Made by a program: the position numbers and the translations under genes. Below are positions 1-6,805 of a DNA stretch of 51,896 nt, in pieces (the first letter of the stretch is position 1; each line of letters starts with the position of its first letter). The DNA comes from a virus. The stretch is taken from positions 1 to 51,896 of the IMG/VR virus record IMGVR_UViG_3300035494_000021, one strand, 5' to 3'. The notes under the pieces are model-generated. The model was not told the origin of the DNA, searched no databases, and saw only the letters and a program-made list of their open reading frames with translations.

Positions 1-127
1 GTGAGCCCTAAGCCGTATATTTGTTCAAAGCGAAGCAACTATACGAGGGCCGACGTATCTGGGAACAATGTTGTGATTATAATCCTATAGTAGTTATCAT
101 AACCATCTATAAAGGCTACTCATAAGA
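1..127. repeat. Exact 127-bp copy of the window end (51770-51896): closure overlap of a circular or terminally redundant assembly
   Basis: Both ends read base by base. Positions 1-127 and 51770-51896 are identical, so the unique length is 51769 bp. Confidence 0.95.
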
Positions 128-135
128 ATAGCCTT
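112..135 (-). terminator. Hairpin just downstream of the RNA polymerase gene (weak terminator candidate)
   Basis: AAGGCTA (112-118) pairs with TAGCCTT (129-135): 7-bp stem, 10-nt loop. On the minus strand it is followed by TATAGAT, which is only a weak U tract. Confidence 0.3.
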
Positions 136-156
136 GAAGATAATTATTCTAATGCA

Positions 157-2316
157 TTATTCGAAGTAGTAAGCTTTCTTAGAAGCTAGAATCTCTTCTG
201 TTACCACTTTAGTACGACCTTTAAGTGGGTTGTATGGCATGATAGTTTCACCCAGTTGTTCTTCAATGTGGGCAACCATATCGTTAGCTACGAACATATC
301 ATGGTAAACAGCTGGCAGTACTTCAGCCATCATACGAGGTGCATCTTCTAAACATACACGGAATTGGTCGTGGATAGTTGAGAAACCACGTAGACCAAGC
401 TCTTTACATTTCAGAGCAATCTTACGAGCCATCACAGCATCGATACCTTGTACCAAGTGTACTGGTGCATAGTAAGTGAAGTTCATCTTCTGCAGTTCGC
501 CTACAGTTTGAGATGAGATGCTCCAACCTTTCTGACCACCATTAGACTCCTCAGTAGCACCAAAGATAACACCTTTACCAGCATTACCTAGAGATACGAT
601 GAAGTATTTATCTGTCAGTGATACAGTAGCTTCACCTTTCTTAGTACATAGGAAGCCATCTAGGTGACGGTATGCAAACCAGTCTTTGCCTTCTTTCTCT
701 AGCTTACGACCGAATGCATTACGCAGTTCACTGATGAAGTGCTCAACTTCACGACCTAGTGCATTGTTGATACCTTCAATAACAACATCAGAACAGAACT
801 CATTACGATCAATCTCAGCAATACCAAGATCAGCCATAGTTGGTTCAAACTTCTTATAACGTAGAGATGGTACACCACCACCGTACTGGATTGCCATGAA
901 TGGAGTCTTAATCTCATTACGAGAGATAGTACGATTAGGACGTAGTGCCTCAGCAACACCTTGTGCTACCTTGTTCACTTCTTCCGCAGACATCATGTAT
1001 GGATCCGCAGGACGCTCATCATACTCAGCAATAAGACCACATGCACGAGCAAGTACTGGAGCACCAGCTAGGATAGACAGGATTTGTGCTCCTGAACACT
1101 TAGCATCTGGACCAAAGCCGATACGAACATCAGCTTCACCTTTGTCTTGGTAATCCACGTAGTATTGAGCGAATGTAACGTACATGAACATAGTCTTGCT
1201 CATTGCATTATTCTCAATAAGCTTGCGTAGTGCTTGAGATGGGTTAGCTGCAACCCAACGTAGAGTAGCATCTTCCATGTATACTGAACCAGCACCATCA
1301 ACAATCTCATTCTCTAACTCATTCATGAACATAGTGTACTGAACTGAGTCTTTGTATGTGATGTTTGATACTGTATGGAAACACAAAGCTTTAGCCATAC
1401 CAGATGCTTGTGGGTTTGGACCAGCGTGAGCGAATTGGTACATACGACCACGCAAGTCACCAAAGTATTCTGAGTACAGCTCATCCTCATCCATCAGCTC
1501 TAGTGAACCAGCAATTACGTGAGCATTGTCTTTGAACACTTGAGGTACAACCATATTGTTCTGCTCGTACCAACCAATTGCTTCACCAATTGCCAGTAGT
1601 AGTGGCTTGTTAACTTGTTGTGCTACTGATTCGATGAACTCGAATGCATCACGTACTTCTTTAGATGTACCGTCCTTCTTAGGATTGAAACGTTGTTTAA
1701 CACGCTCTTTACGACGTGTCTCAATCGTGATAGGTGAAGTCTGGTGAGCAATACCTTTACGGCTAATGCAGTTACCAATGAACTTCTGAGTACGAACATA
1801 ACCACCATCTACCACTTCAACAAGGTTAGCCGCTTCTGCTAGCTTAAGACCTGCTACCAATAGTGCATTCCAATGCTCCTTGGTGTCTTGTACGTTGTTG
1901 AAGATAGTGTCATGCAAGTTCTTGTTAGCATGAGCAATATTACGCATGTGTTTCCACAGCATGGTAGATTGAATTGCCTCCAGTGAGTAAGGCTCATCCA
2001 ACAATGCAATAACACGAGTTAGCTGAGTAGCTAGAGTCGCCACATAGAATGGGTTTAGATTACCTAAGTATGTGTAAGTGTAGAAACCAAGAGGACGACC
2101 ATCCTCTGTGCATGGCATAACCTGAGTTAGCTTGTTCTGCTTCTCAAGAGTGTGCATGAACATCTGTGCAATGAAGCCAGCTGATTTCTGCTCGATGTTA
2201 TCAATCTCAATCATTGATGCATCGAATTTCTGTTCTGCTTTGAACTTGAATAGTTCGTTGTTTGCTTTGTTGAATTGAACTGAAGTTGCGATAGTAGTGT
2301 TAGTAGTAGAAGTCAT
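157..2316 (-). CDS. T7-family single-subunit DNA-dependent RNA polymerase (compact, 719 aa)
   Basis: Ordered catalytic motifs: DAKCSGAQILS (cf. T7 motif A DGSCSGIQH), RNEIKTPFMAIQYGGG (motif B R..K...M...YG) and STIHDQF (motif C HDSF). A GGAG lies 7 nt upstream of the ATG. Confidence 0.85.
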   Translation of the reverse strand: MTSTTNTTIATSVQFNKANNELFKFKAEQKFDASMIEIDNIEQKSAGFIAQMFMHTLEKQNKLTQVMPCTEDGRPLGFYTYTYLGNLNPFYVATLATQLTRVIALLDEPYSLEAIQSTMLWKHMRNIAHANKNLHDTIFNNVQDTKEHWNALLVAGLKLAEAANLVEVVDGGYVRTQKFIGNCISRKGIAHQTSPITIETRRKERVKQRFNPKKDGTSKEVRDAFEFIESVAQQVNKPLLLAIGEAIGWYEQNNMVVPQVFKDNAHVIAGSLELMDEDELYSEYFGDLRGRMYQFAHAGPNPQASGMAKALCFHTVSNITYKDSVQYTMFMNELENEIVDGAGSVYMEDATLRWVAANPSQALRKLIENNAMSKTMFMYVTFAQYYVDYQDKGEADVRIGFGPDAKCSGAQILSILAGAPVLARACGLIAEYDERPADPYMMSAEEVNKVAQGVAEALRPNRTISRNEIKTPFMAIQYGGGVPSLRYKKFEPTMADLGIAEIDRNEFCSDVVIEGINNALGREVEHFISELRNAFGRKLEKEGKDWFAYRHLDGFLCTKKGEATVSLTDKYFIVSLGNAGKGVIFGATEESNGGQKGWSISSQTVGELQKMNFTYYAPVHLVQGIDAVMARKIALKCKELGLRGFSTIHDQFRVCLEDAPRMMAEVLPAVYHDMFVANDMVAHIEEQLGETIMPYNPLKGRTKVVTEEILASKKAYYFE

Positions 2317-2363
2317 GATAGTTTCTCCAATAGTTTCGTTCGTTAGTTAGTTAATGTTAATGA

Positions 2364-2705
2364 TTAAAGTGCAGCTAGGATGTTTTGAGCAACTTCTAGT
2401 GAGACAGTCTCAGAGTCAACACAAGAGATTAGCATTTCTTCTAATTGCTCTTTATTAACAGCAGTCTCATTAAGGTACATAGCAACCTCTTGATCAATTG
2501 AGAATGAGTCAACATAAGCAATAAGTAGCATTTCAAGTTGTTCAGTAAACATTTGTAGTTCCTCTTGATTAGATAAGATGTATTGTGCTTCTTCTAGTGG
2601 TGTGGTATCAGAATCCACGTTAGCAATCAACAGCTCCTCTAGATTGTAGTTCATAGAGAAAGCAAGTTTGATAGCACGGATAGAAGCAGTAGTGAAAGTA
2701 GTCAT
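2364..2705 (-). CDS. Acidic hypothetical protein with three internal repeats (L-I-A-x-VDS-D/E-T type)
   Basis: ATG at 2705 is preceded by GGAGATATACC. Repeats are LLIANVDSDTTPLEEAQ, LLIAYVDSFSIDQEVAM and MLISCVDSETVSLEVAQ. Same motif as in the 50334-50660 protein. Confidence 0.7.
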   Translation of the reverse strand: MTTFTTASIRAIKLAFSMNYNLEELLIANVDSDTTPLEEAQYILSNQEELQMFTEQLEMLLIAYVDSFSIDQEVAMYLNETAVNKEQLEEMLISCVDSETVSLEVAQNILAAL

Positions 2706-2814
2706 GGTATATCTCCAATAATAAAGTAACAAGAAAGAATGAATCAGGTAACGGGTCCCATCAGACCAACATCATCCAATAATCCTTCCTCCCCACTATT
2801 TCTGGCCACCAATT

Positions 2815-2826
2815 GAGTGTGTCATA
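2815..2826. repeat. Copy 1 of the short intergenic repeat AGTGTGTCATA
   Basis: gAGTGTGTCATA at 2815-2826. Second copy at 2901-2911. Confidence 0.6.
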
Positions 2827-2900
2827 ACCTCATAAGGAACCTTATTTGGCTTGAATCCTACCTTCTTCCACCTACAAAATTTATCTTATGTCTCGAATCA

Positions 2901-2911
2901 AGTGTGTCATA
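2901..2911. repeat. Copy 2 of the short intergenic repeat AGTGTGTCATA
   Basis: Exact 11-mer shared with 2816-2826. Confidence 0.6.
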
Positions 2912-2924
2912 TCTTAGTTACTGC

Positions 2925-2945
2925 GTCAAGGACGACTGTAATAAG
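2925..2945. repeat. Copy 1 of the 21-nt intergenic repeat GTCRAGGWCGACTGTAAYWAR
   Basis: GTCAAGGACGACTGTAATAAG here versus GTCGAGGTCGACTGTAACTAA at 3089-3109. Confidence 0.6.
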
Positions 2946-2989
2946 AATTTGCATTCAACAATAATCAGCATTATAGCTAACTATAATAC

Positions 2990-3001
2990 GGGCAATTGCC
3001 C
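2990..3001. repeat. Perfect 12-bp palindrome GGGCAATTGCCC
   Basis: Read directly. It sits in the 393-bp non-coding region upstream of the repeat-protein/RNA polymerase genes. Confidence 0.7.
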
Positions 3002-3088
3002 ATAATAAGTAACTAGCCTCCACCTATTTCTTGGGCTTTACTAGTTACCTATTTTCTAGAACCTAATGGATGTTATCAATCTCCCTCT

Positions 3089-3109
3089 GTCGAGGTCGAC
3101 TGTAACTAA
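3089..3109. repeat. Copy 2 of the 21-nt intergenic repeat
   Basis: 16 of 21 positions match 2925-2945. The same relative order with the AGTGTGTCATA repeat is not kept. Confidence 0.6.
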
Positions 3110-3125
3110 ACCTGCATTTCTACAA

Positions 3126-3497
3126 TTAGTAGCCCCACAGTCTCTGCATTGGTCTTTCTGGATCTGCATCTAGGTGAATGATACAGCATCCAGCCACATT
3201 GGATTTCTTGATGCCAATGCCGTAGAAACCCATCTGCATTGCTCGCTGAACCACTTTCCAGCTTTGTTCCGTAGTTACGCGGAAATCAATCGCCGCGCGC
3301 GTGTGAGCACCAGGCTTTGCCTTGGCCGCTTCGATAGAGTGCTGAGGACTACGGTAACCACTTGTTACATAGAATGGAAAACCCATTTCGGTGCGTAGCG
3401 CCTGTACTGCATTCATAAAAGGGATGAATGCTGGGTGATTATTCCACTCGCCGGTTTCCTGACAACGTAGGTCTTTCTCAGTAAAATTTGTCCACAT
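3126..3497 (-). CDS. Peptidase M15-family peptidoglycan peptidase (endolysin candidate)
   Basis: SGYRSPQHS ... GAHTRAAIDF ... CIIHLD matches the H-x-D / H zinc-ligand layout of M15 (VanY/DUF882-like) peptidases. AAGGA RBS before the ATG at 3497. Confidence 0.7.
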   Translation of the reverse strand: MWTNFTEKDLRCQETGEWNNHPAFIPFMNAVQALRTEMGFPFYVTSGYRSPQHSIEAAKAKPGAHTRAAIDFRVTTEQSWKVVQRAMQMGFYGIGIKKSNVAGCCIIHLDADPERPMQRLWGY

Positions 3498-3508
3498 ATT
3501 AATTTTCC

Positions 3509-4081
3509 TTACATGGTGAAGAACCAGTGACCGCCCTGAATATAGAGCGGAGACAATAAGTTTTGCCCATCTACGGACACACACTGTCGCCCTGTGTGGC
3601 GCTCACAGCGCAGCCATTCCGGATACACGCGTTGCCCAGAGGCGTCCAGAGTCAGCCCCTGTGGTGCGACAAAATGGGTGGCAGTAGAGAGGGGATGGCG
3701 AGAGCCGTCTCTGTATGAGAGGACGAGAGAGACGATCTCTGATAGCGCTCGTAAATCATCAGCCGCCTCTGGCGTAGGGATGTCAAAATTTTTAACAGTG
3801 CCTAGAGTCCACGAGAACTGTGCTCTCTGCCAAACGACCTCACAGGCTGATGAAGGGAAGCGCTTGTCTAAAACGCGATTGTATGTGACGTCTATGACGC
3901 CTCTAATACCCATATGCCCTTCACCTCGCGCTTCCCAGTAGGCGTTCTGGATATAGCACTTAGCGTTGTCATCAAGTTTGGCATTAAGCTTCACCAGATT
4001 TGTCTCACCAAGTGCCCAAGTTGGGTAAATTAGCAGCAAAATTATTGCCACTATCATCAAATAGGGTAAGTATTTTTGCAT
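3509..4081 (-). CDS. SleB-like cell-wall hydrolase with N-terminal transmembrane or signal-anchor segment
   Basis: NAYWEARGEGHMGIRGVIDVTYNRV matches the Hydrolase_2 (SleB) signature. Hydrophobic N-terminus LPYLMIVAIILLLIYPTWALG. AGGAG RBS before the ATG at 4081. Confidence 0.7.
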   Translation of the reverse strand: MQKYLPYLMIVAIILLLIYPTWALGETNLVKLNAKLDDNAKCYIQNAYWEARGEGHMGIRGVIDVTYNRVLDKRFPSSACEVVWQRAQFSWTLGTVKNFDIPTPEAADDLRALSEIVSLVLSYRDGSRHPLSTATHFVAPQGLTLDASGQRVYPEWLRCERHTGRQCVSVDGQNLLSPLYIQGGHWFFTM

Positions 4082-4163
4082 AAATTCTCCTAAATATGCC
4101 AATTTTCGATGAAAATTCTTATAAAAATAGCCGATTTTGTGGCCACTTTTGTAAAAATTTTAG

Positions 4164-4188
4164 TAAAAAGGCAACGGATTTTGCTGCC
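4164..4188 (-). terminator. Rho-independent terminator candidate after the small 50-aa gene
   Basis: On the minus strand, GGCAGC-AAAATCC-GTTGCC (6-bp stem including one G-U) is followed by TTTTTAC. Confidence 0.5.
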
Positions 4189-4243
4189 TTTTACTAGTAT
4201 TTGATAGTCATTTTGCTACAACTTAATGCAAAGTGTCTCTATC

Positions 4244-4396
4244 TTATTTTACTTTGCCGACCTTCATAGCTTTCGCTAGGAGTTCAAGACCTTTAACGAA
4301 AGAATCGTCAAGTTCGTTGTCAGTTTGCTTTACGAATTTCTTGGCCAGTGGCAGGACCACAGACTCAAGCAGAGTTAGAGCGATAAAAGTTTTCAT
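4244..4396 (-). CDS. Small hypothetical protein (50 aa, below the ORF-track cutoff)
   Basis: Hand translation gives MKTFIALTLLESVVLPLAKKFVKQTDNELDDSFVKGLELLAKAMKVGKVK. Its ATG overlaps the upstream stop as ATGA, and a terminator follows it. Confidence 0.5.
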   Translation of the reverse strand: MKTFIALTLLESVVLPLAKKFVKQTDNELDDSFVKGLELLAKAMKVGKVK

Positions 4397-4755
4397 TTCT
4401 GAATTCCTTGTGTGTTGGTTGGAACTACTTCGTATGGAATTTTGAGTTTTACACTGCCGTCAAGCGGTGGTGTTTGTACTACAACATAGCTTCCATCCGT
4501 GTAGAGGTGTTTCAGCATTGATTCTTCTTGGTTGCGAATCACAGTGGCATTGAGCACATAGTTCTGGGTAACTTGTTGGCCGATTTGCTGGACTTGGTCT
4601 TGCAAAACGATAAACTGGCTAGCGTAGAACTCACGATCATTAAGACGCTCATCACGAACGTCTTCATAAACCTTAAACCCAAACCACAAAACGAAGGAGA
4701 GTACTGCATATACTCCATATTTTTCAATCTGTTTTGCAGTTGGTACGTAAACCAT
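4393..4755 (-). CDS. Type II membrane protein with coiled-coil ectodomain (single-TM holin or i-spanin-like candidate)
   Basis: ATG at 4755 follows AGGAG. One N-terminal TM segment (VYAVLSFVLWFGF), then a Q-rich helical stretch. Sits next to the lysis genes. Confidence 0.45.
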   Translation of the reverse strand: MVYVPTAKQIEKYGVYAVLSFVLWFGFKVYEDVRDERLNDREFYASQFIVLQDQVQQIGQQVTQNYVLNATVIRNQEESMLKHLYTDGSYVVVQTPPLDGSVKLKIPYEVVPTNTQGIQK

Positions 4756-4771
4756 AAGGTCTCCTAAAGTA

Positions 4772-5425
4772 TTACTGATACTTAAAGGTGATTGTTGCAG
4801 GGAGCGTAGTACCATCGGCGGCCTCCACCAAGGCTGCGAAACCTGTATCGAACTGTTGGAAACCGCCTGACTCTTCGTTACGCGATAGTTCGATAGTAGT
4901 ACCTTCGAAAGTAAGAAGCGCTACAGAGTATGGGACGTTTTCTGCTGGTCGTACGAACAAATAGATCTCACCGTCTGCAGGATTTGCAGTTAGTTCAATC
5001 ATATCGTAGCCACCTGCTGATGCACCACCGTTAAAGCTTGTTGGATCGTAGTCACCAAAATCACCCGTAGGGTCTAGTGGGTCTTTCTTGAATCCGAACT
5101 TGCCTTCCTGTGGCTCGCCTTCAACTCCAGCTGCGATAGTCCACGCACCAATTACTTGGATTGGACCACCGCCAAACAGATCGTATGCCAACGTACGTAG
5201 AGTAATCACACCCAGACGAGTACCTTCAACACCAGAACTGGTGACGTTAGCAGACTCATATGGGAGCATATACTTCGCACATACTGCATACATTGCTTCT
5301 GCTTCTGTATCATCCGTTGGTACAGTGTTGCCAACATATCGTACGAATGTGGCATTTACTGTATATCGCTTTGATGCGATAAGCGCTAGAAACTTCTCAC
5401 GCCATTCAAGCATTTTCTCAAGCAT
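4772..5425 (-). CDS. Hypothetical protein of the tail-fibre region
   Basis: 217-aa ORF with an AGGAG RBS. I recognise no motif. Position is distal to the fibre genes. Confidence 0.6.
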   Translation of the reverse strand: MLEKMLEWREKFLALIASKRYTVNATFVRYVGNTVPTDDTEAEAMYAVCAKYMLPYESANVTSSGVEGTRLGVITLRTLAYDLFGGGPIQVIGAWTIAAGVEGEPQEGKFGFKKDPLDPTGDFGDYDPTSFNGGASAGGYDMIELTANPADGEIYLFVRPAENVPYSVALLTFEGTTIELSRNEESGGFQQFDTGFAALVEAADGTTLPATITFKYQ

Positions 5426-5437
5426 TTAAAGCTCCTG

Positions 5438-5713
5438 TTAGATACCGATTTCTCGGGTATTGATTACGAGGGTTGTGGATCCGTACTTGGATGCCCGTAC
5501 CCAAATACGGTCGGCAGCGTCAACATCATTCAAGATATTGACTGAGCCTGGTGGATACAGAACTCCTGGACCACCATTTGCGATATTCATACCATCATAC
5601 GATGCAATTGCTGCACCACCTGACACCATGATTACCAGTCGGGTATTTGAGGATACCGCCAAATCCTCTAGGATTTCGACGAATTCTTCGCCAACGATTT
5701 TGATTGTAGGCAT
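5438..5713 (-). CDS. Small hypothetical protein (fibre region)
   Basis: 91-aa ORF. Its start overlaps the upstream stop (TAATG). Confidence 0.6.
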   Translation of the reverse strand: MPTIKIVGEEFVEILEDLAVSSNTRLVIMVSGGAAIASYDGMNIANGGPGVLYPPGSVNILNDVDAADRIWVRASKYGSTTLVINTREIGI

Positions 5714-5967
5714 TATACCTCCGCTGTTGAAATTTTCCCACTAGCTGTTGCATTGAACGCAATACGACGACCATGACCAACAACAACAGTAAGGTTCTCA
5801 CCATCGCCTGTTGGCCCAGATACTAATGGGATAAATGTTTCACCAATCAATACACCAACAGTTCCTGCTGCGCCGTTATGTGGAAGGATGTTGACAGTCC
5901 CGTATGGGGAACTGCCAATTTCGTTGATGCCAACTGCTACATCCATATATGGCTTAAACTTTGCCAT
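5713..5967 (-). CDS. Small hypothetical protein (fibre region)
   Basis: 84-aa ORF with a GAGGT RBS. Weakly similar in composition to the next gene (GTVNIL / GSVNIL). Confidence 0.6.
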   Translation of the reverse strand: MAKFKPYMDVAVGINEIGSSPYGTVNILPHNGAAGTVGVLIGETFIPLVSGPTGDGENLTVVVGHGRRIAFNATASGKISTAEV

Positions 5968-5978
5968 TCGTACCTCTA

Positions 5979-6797
5979 TTACGAAATTCGACGCCAGATA
6001 GCGCCACGTAAGTGTGCACCTGTTACATCGATTGTTGGACTCGCCACACCTGCGCTTGCAATAGTAATACTACCAGTCAGGGTGTGAGTGTGTGCTCCAT
6101 TTGATGCGGCTGTACCCGACACAGTGTGGGTATGATCACCATTTGAGCCAGTTGTTCCTGAGATAGTGTGTGAATGGTCGGCTACAGAGTCGATAGTTAC
6201 ATCGTGCGTGTGCGCACCACCACTCGCTGCTGTTCCAGACACGGTGTGTGTATGCGCACCTGAAGCTGCTGTTGACGCAGAGTAACCCAAAGCAGAACCT
6301 CCCGGAGGTGCCCATGTTCTAGCTGCCCCTAGGTTGGTAACAAACGTCCCTGACGGTGGTGTGTGGGTGTGCGAGCCATTTGACGCTGCTGTACCACTAA
6401 CTGTGTGAGTATGGGCACCGTTACTTGCAGCTGTACCTGTGTGGGAGTGTGCACCTGCACTACTTGAAGTTCCAGAGAACGAGTGCGTATGTGCGCCACC
6501 TGACGCTGCTGTGCCAGATACTGTATGCGTATGCGCACCATTAGATGCCACTGCCAGTGTATTGGTTAGCGCGTGGGTATGCTCCGGTAACGGTACTGAT
6601 GGAGCATTACTACCTGCATTTGTACCATCGCCTGCAGCAGAGTCTAGAACAAATCGACCTGTGCCGATTCGCTCCCAGACACCAAGCAGGAAGTTGTTTG
6701 GGTCTACCGATGCTTTTGCCGCATGATAAATAGAATCTACTGGCCACATATTTTCAATATAGGCGACCAATGCATCTAGGGAATAACCTTTTGCCAT
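5979..6797 (-). CDS. Tail fibre / tail-collar-type protein with 11 His-x-His repeats
   Basis: The N-terminal WPVDSIY...NNFLLGVWERIGTGRFVL resembles the phage tail-collar motif. Eleven (A/S/D)H(T/S)H motifs follow, spaced about 13 aa apart (GAHTHTVSGTAAS units). AGGAGG RBS. Confidence 0.75.
   Translation of the reverse strand: MAKGYSLDALVAYIENMWPVDSIYHAAKASVDPNNFLLGVWERIGTGRFVLDSAAGDGTNAGSNAPSVPLPEHTHALTNTLAVASNGAHTHTVSGTAASGGAHTHSFSGTSSSAGAHSHTGTAASNGAHTHTVSGTAASNGSHTHTPPSGTFVTNLGAARTWAPPGGSALGYSASTAASGAHTHTVSGTAASGGAHTHDVTIDSVADHSHTISGTTGSNGDHTHTVSGTAASNGAHTHTLTGSITIASAGVASPTIDVTGAHLRGAIWRRIS
6060..6545 (-). repeat. Imperfect ~39-bp tandem repeats encoding the HxH units
   Basis: Repeated gtgtg(t/a)gtgtgcgc(a/c)cc-type blocks are visible on the plus strand. 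The spurious alternate-frame ORFs 6329-6541 and 6439-6726 arise from this periodicity. Confidence 0.7.
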
Positions 6798-6805
6798 TCA
6801 ACCTC

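Noticed and set aside
1-127. Treating the 127-bp end duplication as a biological direct terminal repeat
   Set aside because: The length equals a common assembler k-mer and the boundary falls in the middle of a conserved motif. Nothing in the sequence marks it as a terminus. True ends must be mapped from reads.
4103-4163. Possible sigma70 promoter TGGCCA-N16-TATAAG in front of the SleB-like gene
   Set aside because: Only a 4/6 match at -35 and a 5/6 match at -10. It is plausible but too weak to call without transcript data.
6329-6541. 70-aa alternate-frame ORF inside the fibre gene (also the plus-strand ORFs 6439-6726 and 6545-6733)
   Set aside because: They are by-products of the ~39-bp tandem periodicity that encodes the HxH repeats. 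The main frame has the RBS and the recognisable fibre motifs.
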